The position numbers and the translations under genes are program-made. DNA of 64,000 bases from the human T2T-CHM13v2.0 reference genome, Homo sapiens, in assembly GCF_009914755.1 (NCBI RefSeq), contig NC_060929.1; one strand, written 5' to 3'. Under the pieces are notes generated by a model. The model searched no databases. It was not told where the DNA came from and saw nothing but the letters and a program-made list of their open reading frames with translations. This document shows, piece after piece, positions 15,678 to 31,251 of the stretch; position 1 is the first letter of the stretch; every line of letters starts with the position of its first letter.

Positions 15678-15912
15678 CAGTCCATCATTACTATTTATTT
15701 ATTCCATTTTTGTAAACGTGCCTACTTGCTAAAATTTATTTGTAACCCCAAAATCAAACACACGTAGCACCTTCGTGGTCATTCACAGACACAGGCAGAG
15801 CAGCGAAGGCTTTTTGTAGTATTTTTTGTGACAATCAACCTGCATTTTCCCAGCTGAGGCTGAAGGTGGTGCTCTGCCTTCTTCCCGTTTTCATACTGTA
15901 CACAATGTGCTT
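15678..15912 (+). mobile_element. Tigger4 (Zombi) fragment
   Basis: cctacttgctaaaatttatttgtaaccccaaaatcaa...ttcccagctgaggctgaa..gctctgccttctt. Confidence 0.75.
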
Positions 15913-15914
15913 CT

Positions 15915-17560
<1,646 letters not shown>

Positions 17561-18639
17561 ATTCCTTTTTAATATCTTGTACCAAGCCCAGATCATGGCA
17601 GAATGTCAGCAAATGTTTGACATTAAACTGTTTTCTCTAGTGAACCCTGACTCCTAAAGTCCATTCTATGTCTGCAGTCTCTCCTTTACATAATGAAACT
17701 GGCTACTTTATCTTATGACACTCGACAAAAGGCTTGGAAACCACCAGTTTCCTTAATTGGGTCGGCTCGAGATGGAATCAAGCAGCCACGCAGGAAAGTA
17801 TTAGCTAATAATAATGAAGACTATTACTCTTCCTGGACATGAAGAACCACCAGTAACTAGAACTCAGGTTGACGGAAATTCTTTGGCAGCATTTTCACAT
17901 TTTGGCTATATTTTTTTTAACACAGCATCTCAAAACAACTTGGTAGCATAAGAAATTACGTTTAAGTCTGTGGAAAGCTACAAGATTAAAGGGAATAAGA
18001 GTTGCATAAACAATTGCAAGAAAAATAACTAGTAAAAGTTGCAGGGCTTTTTTTTTCCTGTCAACACAGTAACATCTTTAATCTTCCACTTGTCCCTTTT
18101 CTCTGTAATCAGTACTTGATTTTCCAATTAATGGGGAAGGAAGCCACCAGAGATGAGTCAGTAAATTTAAAACTAGTCTTGAATGTCTGGCAAGGAAAAG
18201 AAAGTTTTGCAAATGTACATCTATAGCTAAGAAGGAAACTGGCATTTGGTGTTAGGTACTCATTTTCATATCTGAACAACACTGGGATCAAAATTAAAGA
18301 ATATAAAACTTTAGGATCAGGGTAATGTGGATAGGAAAGTCACATGCTGTAAGACATTTCCAAGAGGATAATTAAGTGTTTTATACATTCTGCAAGTAAG
18401 TAGGCTTTTCCATACCTGAAGTAAAACCAGCCTAGTCCCCTGAAACCTTATTGTAAAGTGATAATTAGACCACCTACTGACGGTGAGGCTGCAAAAGGGT
18501 AGGATTATGGGTTTGAGGAGCGCAGACAAGGTTATGGGCAACCCCAGAATCAGTAAGTTTCATTTACAGAGAGATCAGGATTGCAATCTATGTGGATCCA
18601 GGGACTTACGTGACATATCAGGGGCAAGGGCTTCCAAAC

Positions 18640-19060
18640 CAAGACAGACTCAAGGCTGAATCCTGGCCAGGCCAATGACCGACTACATATCATTGGGTTG
18701 GAAACCTCCCTAAGCTTTGCTTTCTTCGTCTCTATAATGGACACAGTAATACCAACTTATAGGTGCGGTGAGCACTAAATTCAACGTGAAGCACTTAGCA
18801 GGTGCCCAGCACAAAACAAGAGCCCAATGGCTAAGCAAAGCCTCGTGGAGCAGCGTAAGGAATCCAGAAGCTGCCACCAGCACTGGAATGCTGGCACTGC
18901 CACTTACCCACCGTGTGCCCTCGGAAAAGTCACTTCACTCTCAGAGCTCTTGAAGAGGGAGTAGTAATTCAGAATGGGAGTAATAGCCAATAATAAACAG
19001 CTCTGAGATAGGGATGATAACAAACTGAGCAGTAGCACAGATCAAATGAATTAATATGAA
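18640..19060 (+). mobile_element. MIR fragments
   Basis: ttcttcgtctctataatgg..agtaataccaact, gccacttacc..cgtgtgccctcggaaaagtcacttcactctcagagc. Confidence 0.55.
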
Positions 19061-20091
19061 CAGAGCAGTTAGAACAGAGCCGAGCTCATTGCACTCTGTA
19101 AGAATGAGTGATGATGATGATTGATTATGATTATTCAATCAGTCCACCAGAGAAATGGGGAGTGGGAGTGCATGGTGGTAAAAGTAAACTATTACACAGA
19201 GTACCAGGCCTCGTGGAGTGTGTTAGAAAAAGCTGTTTTGGCAACTTACATCAATAGCTAAAGAGTGTACACAGGCTTACCCCGTTCTGTAAATGCTGTG
19301 TCGAGTTGTTTAACCCACAGCAGTAAACAGCCAAGCCAAAGTCAAGAGGACAAGTGCTAACACACTCATCAGGAATGTATCCTAGCAATTTGGCTGCAGG
19401 GAACAACAACAACAAAAGCCTTGCTCATGTGCTTTGCAAACCATACCCTGCAGTCGGCCTGCTTCAAAATATCTGGTTCTCTAGAGATAGAGAACAAATC
19501 TTTAAGGTAAATAAGATGCTACAATCTACAGCGCTGGGGTGCTCGATCTTTCCTCTTCAACTGTTCATCCTCTGGCATATTTATTTAAATTGATCATCTT
19601 CTAGAAAAGCTGCATGTCAACTCATGAAAAAAATCAACAGAAAGAAAACTAGTGGGCTGTTCTGTCCTTATTTCTAAACTTGCTAATAAATTACTATCTC
19701 TCATTGTATTGACACTGTGTTAGGTAGGGAACTAGCTATCTGTACCTTATTCCACTTAAACTCACCAAGAAAAGCAGTGTTTCATTAACTTTCCAGGAAC
19801 TTTTTTTCCAGGCAAGGCGATATCTCTTGCCCTCTTTCTTCCTTAGGGAAACAGATGGTTATGAAGAAGGGCAATGACACCCCAGGTTTCCTAGAGGGAA
19901 ATTACTACAGGCTTACACACTCTTAGCCTCGATTCCCAACTCAAGAATGCTCAGAAAATGGAAGGCTTCCTCATAACTTGTACGGAGGCAAAACTTAACC
20001 TGAAGTGACACTAGTCCCTAAATTTAAAAAAATTATCTAATTCGGTTTGAACATCACATATAGATTACAATATACTGCCTGAGACCCCACT

Positions 20092-20169
20092 GGGGGTACT
20101 ATGTGGTATATGCAAGGTTTTATTCTCCTAGGGGGTACTATGTGGTATATGCAAGGTTTTATTCTCCTA
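20092..20169. repeat. Perfect 39-bp tandem duplication
   Basis: gggggtactatgtggtatatgcaaggttttattctccta x2 (20092-20130, 20131-20169). Confidence 0.95.
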
Positions 20170-20179
20170 AAAGCAGTAA

Positions 20180-20641
<462 letters not shown>

Positions 20642-20959
20642 AATTCTAGCATTTTCTTTAAACTGCCTTCTTTTAAACCAGAACTGGGACTGAATCTTTA
20701 CACTGCTAATCTCATGATTTAAAATGGACAATAATCACTAATAATCACTCAGAAATGTCACCCAAAATGCTGTTCTTCCCTCACGTGGCCGCTCCGTAAC
20801 TCATACTGTATCAGGTTTTATAGACAATACTCAATGGGGAAGGCCACTTAGAAGCAGACAGGCAGGGTTACCAAGAACATGCACCACTTCCTCATGTGGG
20901 TGCCTACTCTTGGCAACTATCCATTTGGAAGCCTAGCCCGCTGAGCACTCCATGAGAAC

Positions 20960-21120
20960 TGGGTTGAACTTCCTGCTACGTTACCTAGCACGGTGCATGA
21001 TATGGGCAAGCTGATATCCTCTTTGGGGTTCTGTTTCCTTGTACATAAACTGGGGAGAATACCACCTACTATTCAGGACTGCTGGAATGAAATGAAATAA
21101 AAGCATGGGCCTAATCCACA
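20960..21120 (+). mobile_element. MIR fragment
   Basis: tgggttgaacttcctgctac..gggcaagctga..ctgtttccttgtacataaactggggagaataccacctac. Confidence 0.6.
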
Positions 21121-21479
21121 GGAATCAAGGTTAGCTTCTTTCCACAGCCTCTTTCCCCTTCCACACCCTCTCCTCTTCTGACTGAGACATCATCTGGAGA
21201 CAGGCTGTATAAGTAGAGAGCTTAGTGCTTTCTTCTACGTGGACGAGCTCCCGCAGAGGTGTGTTAGTGGTGCCTGTTTGCGTATTGCAAAGTCGAGAGA
21301 AATGGATTCCTTTCAAGGTCCCTGAACCCAACTGGAAATCTGAACCTTTAAGGAAAATAGGTGTTGAGCAGGGGAGGAGGGGTCTGCAAGGAGACCCCTG
21401 TGCAGGCCCCAGGAGGGTTGGCAGCAGAGGTATCATATAAGGACACCCAGTCACTCATAAGGGCATGGCCTTGTAATTC

Positions 21480-21650
21480 TAGATCTGGCTGATGATCCGA
21501 GGGAGGAAATGCTTCAACCATTCTGAAATCAGAAGTTCTTGCCCCAGCTACACAGACAGCCAGGTCCACCCCTGAGGTTCAACTAGTGCGGCAATTCTCA
21601 AGGGTCTCCATGTGATTTCAGTATGGAAGCCTAAGTTGCAAACTACTGCC
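21480..21650. mobile_element. MER5-like fragment
   Basis: caggtccacccctgaggttc...atgtgatttcagtatggaagcctaagttgcaaactactg. Confidence 0.4.
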
Positions 21651-22185
21651 CAGAAATTGTTAGTATTTGTTTCTCTGGAATGACAACAGAAACCTGGAGT
21701 ACAAAAGACTCACAGGTGCAAGAATTTGCCTACTTCGTCCACTCTGGTGGTCCAGCCTTGGGAAGAGGGTGGCTGGCAGCTGTGTCCACCATCAGAAAAC
21801 CAATGAGCCACAGGAAGCTGCTCCTGCTTGGCTTGGCTTGCCCTGGCTTCCAGGAAGGGAGGCACACTGGCTAAACCCAGGCACCTGGGCAGGTGGAGGT
21901 AGGTCTCTAACTGTGCAGACAGACGGGGCACCAGCCCTGGGTGTGGGGTGGGGAACAGGGTGGGCGCGTGGCAACTGCTCAGGAAAGAGGACCTCTAGGG
22001 GCTCTATTTTCTCCCCTGACTGAAAACAAAGCCCCCTCCTCCCTGATTAGGAAGGGAAAAATACACAGAACAGGGCCCCACATAGCCCAGGAGTTATCAG
22101 AATCATAGAACAGAGAACAAATGTTAATGTTTAACCGAATAGGGTTTTTGGAAAACATGCTCAAGAGTCGCTAGCATCATCCCAC

Positions 22186-22282
22186 CTGGGGCTTTCCCAT
22201 TCCTGGTCATCCTTGTCTTTCTCTTCTTTGGTGTCTCCTGTATGTGGGTGTTTCTGCACAATTCGCATTCCACCAGCTTTCA
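22186..22282 (-). CDS. DAP: DAP coding exon 2 (97 nt, codons 19-51)
   Basis: TTTCATTTCAG|TG AAA GCT GGT GGA ATG ... GAA AGC CCC AG|GTGGGA; joins exon 1 in phase to give VKAGGMRIVQKHPHTGDTKEEKDKDDQEWESP(S); visible in ORF 22161..22379. Confidence 0.97.
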
Positions 22283-22829
22283 CTGAAATGAAAACAGAGA
22301 GTGTGGGATTAATGTGGAAATGGGGCTGCCTGTGGATCAGGGGGACCAGCTGGAAAGGTTTTGGTTGCTCAGTGGCCACAAGTCAGTCTGGAGAATCTGG
22401 CAATGAAAATGATTAACTAGGGAAGGTCAGGGTTGTCGGGGTAAATTCAAAATGATACAGCACTCAACATAATCTCTTACTACAGATCCACTCAGAAACT
22501 TTCCAAGGCTCTTGTTTTTCTATCTGGTCACCTTTCAAGTATTTTGTCAGAGCAGCAGTGTAACGAGGGCACAAACTACACAAAGAGAGTGGCTGCTGCT
22601 TTCAGTTCTCCACAGTCTCAACACAAGAGCTCACCTCAACCCTCCCCTGTGAAATTTACTTTCTCAAATATCGAAGATGTTTTTGATGGGGTGATATGGT
22701 GATGGGTGACATGGGACAGCTACTGTGCCTTCACAGAGTCCAGGCAAGTGGCAACAAAACTTCTACTGCAGCTTTGCCCAAACTGTGCTGTGAAACCCTA
22801 CCGCTGGCAGATGTTAACTTAGTTTTAAA

Positions 22830-23567
22830 AAACAGCTTTATAGATATGTAATTCATGTAGAATACAATTCATTCATTTAAACTGTATAATTCGATGGTTT
22901 TGAGTGCATTCAGAATTGTACAACCATTGCCATAATCAATTTTAGGAGATTTTCATCACCCCAAACAGAAACCCCACAGCCATGAACAGTTACCCTCCAT
23001 TCCACCCCTCCCAGCTCCTGGAAGCCAGTCACCTGGACTTGCTTATTTCGGACATGTGATATAAGTGGAATTATAAACTATGTGGCCTTTGGTGACTGGC
23101 TCCTTGCACTTAGCGTGTTTTCAAGGTTCATCCATGTTACAGCACGTGTAAGTATCTCATTCCTCTTCTTGTCAAATATTCTATTGCATGGATGTATCAC
23201 ATTGTATCTCTCCACTCATCAATTAGACATTTGCGTTGTTTCTACTTTTTTGGCTATTATGAACAATGCAGCTGTGAAGAACTTACACGTAAGTTTTTGT
23301 ATGGACATATGTTTTCATTTCCTTGAGTATATACCGAGAAATGGAACTGCCAGGCCACATGGTGCCTCTGAATTTATCCTTCTGAAAACCACCAAGCTGT
23401 CTTCCAAAGCCTCCACACTATTTCACATTCCCACCAGTGTGTGGGTTCCAATTCTCCACATGTTCCCGACACTTACTATTGTGTGTCTTTTTAATTATAG
23501 CCATCCTAGTGGGTGTGAAGTGGTCTCTTATTGTGGTTTGATGTGCAATTCCTTTATGGCTAATATG
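22830..23567 (-). mobile_element. L1MB-type 3' end, ~550 bp upstream of the DAP exon 2 acceptor
   Basis: cagctttatagatatgtaattca...ttttcatcaccccaaacagaaaccc...tatagccatcctagtgggtgtgaagtggtctcttattgtggttt. Confidence 0.85.
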
Positions 23568-25579
23568 TTAATACTGTGTTGTAAGGGGTCGGGTAATCTA
23601 GCATCTATTAAGAGTGGGAAATGCCAGGTTGAACAAAATTAAATAGGTTTCCCCAAGAGAGACCTTCTTGGCCCTTAGTGTGCTACCTGCATGAGGAAGA
23701 CTTACAGGAGGCATACAGCTTGCCAGCTCTCCCCAGCCTATCTGACCACACAACTTTTTTTTTTTTTTTTTTTTTGGCTATAATACCAGTTATCCTCCAT
23801 CAGGGCTACAGTGTTCCATGAACAGAATTTGGAAATGCTGGCTGGCCCTAAATCCAAAAAGCCAGCCTCGCATGGTAGCCACCAGCATGTGTTTGGGGTC
23901 GGCACGTTCCTCCACGCCCTCAGCTATGTGGTCTCAGACTAGTGTCTCAGATTCTCAAAGATTCCCTGCTTCATCTGCAGAAAGGAGATAAACCTCCTCA
24001 GACTATTAAGAAGAGAGAGGCGTTCGGGAGAGTGGGGTGCTGGCTAGAAAGCAGGGTCATTTTCCTTGTAGTCATTGGCCCCCCAGGCTCTGGATGTGGG
24101 CCTTACTGAGCTTTACCCTTCAAGTCTCTGAGTCTCTGCCACAAGACGGCTAACATCACGATACAGTCAACTTGCCACACCATGTCCTCTGGCATTTTAA
24201 ACTGAGTGGACCCTGCCGAGTCACGAAAACCCAGGCCAACTTTCTTTATGCTGCTGATGAACGGGAAGGAGAATGGGAGAGGCAGCCTGGGGCTTACATG
24301 CTTCAGGTGTACTGGTCTTCAATTTCCCTGGGAGACTTGGCCAGCCCGACTGGAGGGAGATGGTGACGTTTGCTCCCAGGACCAGCACTGCCCCAGCAGC
24401 TGGCTGTTAGAAAAGGGCAAAAGAGAGCAAGGAAAATGACGACTATTTCCTCTGGCTTGGGTTTAGAACTAAAATCTCCCCGCTGCCCGCACCTCTTCTC
24501 AACGGAGAGGACATTCTACTTGGGGCAGAAGGAAACAGAATCCTGTTCAGTAATCCTCTCAAAAATCTGCTCTATATCCCATCAATTGATTTTTAATCAC
24601 TCTATTTTTCATTCCTACAGCTTTTGTCTCAAATTCACCAGGTATTTGATGGGGTCTTATTCTTTTCTTGTGCGTTCAATTCCTTTATATATTTAATCAT
24701 TTTAGTTGTATATCCAATTATTTGATTTTCTGAAGTCCTCTGGAGTCTAATCCTGCTGTCTGTTTTTGCCTGTGGATTCTTGCTCTTGTCCTGGGAGACT
24801 TGGAGGAGGAATCTGTCTTCACTGGGCTTTACCAGTAAGGATCTCATGGGGCCTGTGATGCAGACAGCAACCCTCTGGGGAGATGCTACACGTGTTTTTG
24901 TCAGGCCAGGAGTATAGGTGTCTGAAAATCCTTTTCAAGGCAGATTTCTCAGAAGACAAATTGCCAAACAGTACAAATACGAACTGAACTCATGTAAAAG
25001 CAAGCCTTTGTTTACAAATTCTCAAGGAGACCTCTGTCCCCATGTGGAGCCCAGCCTGACACAGTCCGGCTTCCTGGCCCTCCTAGGGCCACTGGGCAGG
25101 TTTCCCTCTTCCACCTTTCCCCAGGGGTGTGGCCTCTGAGCATCCAACCTTGGCTACTCCCTGCCTCCTGTGGGCCCACCTCTCATGCTAAAGGTCTGAA
25201 TTTCAGTTCCTTCTTCGTTTTGGGTTTCCAGGAATTCCTTTCACTTCAAGGTCAAATTCTTTTAAAAAAGCAAAAAGCCAAAGACAAAACAGAAAAGACC
25301 TACCATTTGCAGGCAGCTTTTTAATCTAAGATTAAAAAGATTTCCCAGCCTACGTAGTTGGCCTCCCAATCAGAAATGGAGACTGAAAATACAATTATCT
25401 ACCTACACCTTAGGGTCATTTTCCACTCTCTTGAAACACAGGATCTCAGAGTTATGAATGTTTCGGGCTCAAGGAAGAGCTTAGAAGAACTGTCCCACTA
25501 AATATTTTTTAAAAATTCATTTCCCTCCCTGCTCTATCCCACCTCTTTCCCATGCTCATCAGAAATTGATGAAAGATGC

Positions 25580-25961
25580 TATTACGGGCTGAATAGTGTC
25601 CCCCCAAAATTCATAGGTTGAAGTCCTAACTGACATACCCTTAAATTGTAATTGTATTTGGAGAGAGGGTCTTAAAAGACAATTAAGTTAAAATGAGGAA
25701 TTGAGGTAGGGCTCTAATATAATAGAAATGGTGTCTCTATAAGAGAAAGAGACACCGGGTTGTGCACACACAAAGAAATGGCCTGCAAGGAAACAGCAAG
25801 AAAGTGCCATCTGCAAGCCCAGGAGAGAGGTCTCAGGAGAAAGCAGAGCTGCCAACACCTTGATCTTGGACTTCAGCCTCCCAAGCTGGGAGAAATAAAT
25901 GTCTATGGTTTAAGCCACCCAGTCTGTGGTATTTTGTTAAGGCAGGCCAAACCAACAATAC
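25580..25961 (+). mobile_element. MLT1A-like solo LTR
   Basis: gggctgaatagtgtccccccaaaattcataggttgaagtcctaac...ccttgatcttggacttcagcctcc...aataca. Confidence 0.85.
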
Positions 25962-26589
25962 AGATGCCCATTTAAAAATGATCTCTGAATCTTTCCAACT
26001 TGGCACACATAAAACTTTTAAACTGTAACTCACAGATGTGTTCATAAAGTAAAAATAAAAAGAGCTGTGCAACTAACTATAAAGAAAACTAATGATGAAT
26101 GTTAAGGTGACATTTGAAATGATCAAGTCTTCTGAAGCTCCTGCAGGGCAGCCTGTCCGCTCCTCTGCTGAAATAAGCACACAGTGTCAAGGCTCAGTCA
26201 CCCAGCATTAGCACTTGCATTTAATTTAGTTTCTAAAAACAATTAACTTCATTAATCCCTCTCAGTTATGTTTGGTGATTAATGTAGCAATAAAAAGTGG
26301 CAATAATAACAATAATAACTCAAAGCTGAGACAGATTCATTTTAACTTACAATACTGCCAAAAAATATGACAGCACATATTTATTGTGATTGTTGTATCA
26401 CTGTCTCTAGAACTCTTCATTTGTAAAACTACAAAAGAAGAATTACTTTTGCAGAAATCTTTGCAGAATTATTTGCAAATCAGTATTTTTAGGAGAAACA
26501 GAAAAACCTTAGATTTTTGTCGTGGTGGTTGTTATTCAAATGAGAGCTTCAAATGTAAAAAATAAGCTTCCTCTTAGCAGAAGTGCTGT

Positions 26590-26900
26590 GCAGAGGATAA
26601 GAACACAGATGCTGGAGCCAGAACCTTGGGATCAAATCCCAGTTCTGCCTGTGTGTGTGTGTGTGTGCATGTGCCTGTGCATAAGTGTGTGCACATGTGT
26701 GCATACGTATGTGCTTGTGTGTGTGGCTGTGTGTGGGCAAGTTGCTGAAGCTCTCTGTGCCTCAGGGTCTGCCACCTATGAAGAAAGAGTGAAAATGTTC
26801 CCCTCTCCCAGGGCCAGCTGAGGATTACATGAGTTAGGACACATGAAATGCCTCCAACAGGACCTGGCACACAGGATGTGCTCAACTGTTAGCTAGTCTT
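26590..26900 (+). mobile_element. MIR containing a degenerate (TG)n insertion
   Basis: ggagccagaaccttgggatcaaatcccagttctgcc...gggcaagttgct..ctctgtgcctcag...cctggcacacagga.gtgctcaa. Confidence 0.7.
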
Positions 26901-28897
26901 ATTAAATGGGTTTTTAAGTTAGCATTTAGTACTCAAGAGAGGCCTCTGGAGTCCTCAAATCGTTGGTGCTTTTCCAGCTCTTCACCCTCTCTTCACAGCA
27001 GTTCCTTAAAGAGCGCTGCCCTACGGGTTGCTGGGGAATGAAGGCCATGCCCTGTAAAGCACCTGCCCATCGTGGTGCTGACCACCACCAGGACCTCCGT
27101 CATTACATCACCACCTGAGGAAGCTTTGGGAGAATCACAGATCCAACTTCTGCTCCTCATCACCACTCTGTGGCAGGCACCGCTCTAACCACTTGGAGTC
27201 CACGCATCTTTCACTGCACAGCAGCCCCACGGAGTAGATCCTGAGGCAGGGAGAAGGGGAAGCCAGCGGCCCCAAATCGCACAGCTGGCAAGCGGCAGAC
27301 TGGGTTCCACCCTTAATCGTAGGTAAGCCTTTCCTTGCTCAGATTCCTTCCAGGAAGCAGAGCACCATGGCTTCTGAGAGTAACTCAAAGGAACGGCCTA
27401 CAGACAGGGCCAGGTTATTACACTACCTAGATAAGGGAAGGTGAGTTTGAAATGAAAAGCTCTCCACAGAGCAGCTGCCTGCCCAAGTGGGAAGGGGAGT
27501 GGAGGAAGCTTTACCTACGGTCACATCTGGGAGGTAAGCAAACACCAAGGAGGCAAATGACTATGTGGGACCCTGGGCCAAGCATCCGTCCTCAGGTGTC
27601 AGGATGCCTGGCTGTAAGATGCAGTCACTGGTGGCTTGCTATCTGCTAGTGCCAAATAGCAAACTAGAAAATGCTACTGCGGGAAGAAGAAAGGGGAAAT
27701 ACTGGAAGAGTTCCATGAACCAGGGAGCAATTTCCAGCAGGGAGCTAGGAAGGGCTGTTAACTCACACAAATGTCCCAAAAGCATCCACTGCAGGTACTG
27801 GAGTATGACTCACAAGTATATGCTACCTTTGTTCTTGCCTGAGAAGAGCTATGGAAATGTTATTCAAAGGGAAGCTCTTCTACCTAAAAGAAGTGACGAA
27901 AGGTTCTGAGGACTGTTCCAGTGGAAGGAACAAAACAAAACAGAAAACAACCAGTGCTGCAGGTTATGATTAAACCAAAGGATCTCAGGTAGAGCAATGT
28001 AGTGGCAGGTAAGCAAAGGGGCTGGTGAGATTAGGTGGGTAGAACTTCCCAATGCGAACAGGGCAAGGGACTATGGCCTATCTTAGTTAAGAAAAATGAC
28101 TCCACCAGGAGAGAGGAGAATCACTGGCAAGTGGAGACTCACATCTATGGAAGCCCATGCACCTGAAGGTGGGAACCCTAAAAAGTGGAGAGGATAAAGG
28201 GGTGAGAGGCGGTAAGAACGTATGCAGAGAGTGGGTACTGACAGTCTGGCCCAATAACAGACATAAGTTATAGAAGACCCCAATGAGAACCTTGCCCCCA
28301 GACCAAGTGGAGCCCTTACAGGAGCTTTCAGGTGTGCATAGATAAGGTAGAAGTAATGGTTTGTGCTAAAAAATGAGCTGGAGCCCCAGATACTTTCCTG
28401 AATTTGCACTCTCGTTGGCTTCATACTGCTATTCTGCGCTCAGAATCATAGACTGTGAAGGTGAGAAGGCTCTTAAATTACACGGAGCAACCCTGTTAAA
28501 GAATGAAGTTCAGAGACATAGTGGGACCCCCCTGGGCCAAACACTCCATCTTCCACAGCAGTGTGTGTTCCATCCTTGACATAGTTTCTGACCCAAAGGA
28601 CAAAATGAGTACTGACTGGGCCAGGATGGGCACCTTGCCGGACAGCTGACTGGGCCCCTTTCAAGCTGGGAGGTACATGGAGCAGCTACATGTATATCCT
28701 TGAGTGCAGGGAGGCTGATTCAAAAAGTTTAGGGGAAAGTAGGATCGGCTGCCTGGAAGTGCTTTGGAAAAGCTGTCATTGGGAATTGGTTGAGGCTAGG
28801 ACTAGTCAGGTGTTTGCCAGTCTCACTCCCAGCTTCCCCGTAGTTGGATTGGGGGCATCAAACTGGGTCCTGCCCAATAGTATGGGGAAAAGTGACT

Positions 28898-29465
28898 TTG
28901 GTGGGCAGCATCATGTCATCACGTCCCCCCACTCTGGAACCTGTGCGTGTGCTGGGCTACACGGCCAGGGGAAATGAGGGTTGTAGATGGAATTAAGGTT
29001 GCTCATCAGCTGACTGTAAGCTGAGGAAGAAGAAGGGAAACTGCTATTCTGTGCTTAGAATCATAGACTGAAGGTGAGGAGATTATTCTGGATTACCCAG
29101 GTGGGCCCATGTAATCTCAAGGGTCTCTGAATGTGAAAGAGGGAGGCGGAAGAGTCAGGGCTCTGAGTGTGTGATGTGAGGATGTGACTGGTCATTGCTG
29201 CCTTTGAAGAAGCTTTCCTTGGCTTGTGGAGGAAGGCGCCACGAGCCAAGGAAAGTGGGCAGCCTCTAGAAGCTGGAAAAGGCAAGAAAATGGGATTCTC
29301 CCCGATCCTCCAGAAGGAACCAGTTGCCCTGTGGATACTTTGATTTTAGCCCAGTGAGACCCATCTTGGACTTCTCACCTCTAGAACTGTAACATAATAA
29401 AACTGTGTTGTTTAGAACCACTAAGTTTATTGTGATTTGGTACAGCAGCCATAGGAAACTGATGT
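28898..29465 (+). mobile_element. MLT1D-like solo LTR with an internal non-LTR insertion (~29027-29078)
   Basis: gatggaattaaggttgctcatcagctgac...gattattctggattacccaggtgggccc...gcagcctctagaagctggaaaaggcaag...cagcagccataggaaact. Confidence 0.85.
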
Positions 29466-29876
29466 GATGATGCATACCACTTGTGGGCCACACCATACGG
29501 ACCCCAGCACGGCGACCTACACTTGTCCCCTCAGCAGCAGCCACACAATGAAAAGCTAGTGTTATACAGCAAGGGGTGTCTGGGCCTCTGAATTGCTCTT
29601 TGTTAAGAAGACCCCACCCAGGAGAGAAATAAACCTGGATTAGTTTGGCCACTGAGAATTTAGGTTGTTTGTTACAACAGGAAGTACCATTCTCTATACC
29701 TAATATAGTACTTTATACAAAAGTGAACATTCTCTATAGAAACAAAAAAAACTTCTGAAGCTGGGAAGGGAAAAGCAGTCACAAAACCAAGTAAGAATGC
29801 ACAGGGCACTGGCCGAAATGAAAAGGACACTCACAAAGACGTTAGAAGTCACAGATAACCAAAAATGGCTAGGGAA

Positions 29877-30081
29877 GGCTGGGTGCGGTGGCTCATGCCT
29901 GGAGTCCCAACACTTTGGGAGGCCAAGGTGGGCAGGTCGCTTGAGCCCAGGAGTTTGAGACCTGACTGGACAACATAGTAAAACCTTGTGTCTACACAAA
30001 ATACACAAATTAGCTGGTTGTGGTGGTGCACACCTGTAGTCCCAGCTACTCAGCACACTGAGGCGAGAAGATCTCTTGAGC
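29877..30081 (+). mobile_element. AluJ, 3'-truncated (no tail)
   Basis: Intact left arm; right arm stops at gatctcttgagc. Confidence 0.88.
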
Positions 30082-30957
30082 AGGGAGATAATTCAGGGAG
30101 AATTACACTAGACTTTTGAAAGGCATCCTTAACTCATGTCTGACGTATCAATTAGTGTAAGAGAGAACTAAGTTACTCTGAAGTTACTAAAAAAAGTAAC
30201 ATGGCTTGAAATAAATATAATCGTGCTTATATTTCCATTTAATTCACTTTGAGAGGGGATGTAGAGTCTGCTTTTCAAAGAAAACCACATGTAAGATTAG
30301 TAACATTCAAAGCTATCATGTAGCAGATTTATGAGAACTCTACTGACACATGGTTTTGGCTCCACTGGGAAATGGAGGGGAACAGGGCCAGCAAAATGTA
30401 TTTAACAAAGAGATTTTACCCATCTCACTGCCACAGACTCACAAAGACTGGCAGAAATGAGTAATAGCGAGGCTTATAATTAGGTCCTCTTTTCTGCTGT
30501 GGAATGCTATGACTGCTGTTAGATGAAACAGAAAGAATCTCGCTAATTCTAACTCTGCTAATCTGCATTTGCAATAACTCATCAAACAAGCAGTCTCACC
30601 CCATTTCTCTGCAAATATTTTGTAGTCAAGAGCAGTGGTAAGGTCTCAAATCATTAAGGCTGGATTACTTCTACAGAGGACTGCAGACGACAGCACATTT
30701 GCCAGGACATGATGCAGTGCCATCCATCACTTGTAAATAACAATACCTGTATTTGCACAGCACCTTTCTCTAACACTCTTCAGAAGCCTTTACAAACTGC
30801 CTCATTCGTCTCCCACCTTGGGAGGAGGCACCTGGCCAGTGATGGAGTCGTCTGTCGGGCTGCTGAAGTTCCAAAAGGCAACAGCCTTTCCGGCCGCTCC
30901 CACTAGGACACTAGCTCAGGGGAGTTGGCAACAGACACTCCAAACAATTGGGTCAGG

Positions 30958-31251
<294 letters not shown>

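Noticed and set aside
23082-23642. 186-aa ORF
   Set aside because: Antisense reading of an L1MB 3' end, with a non-ATG start and no splice context.
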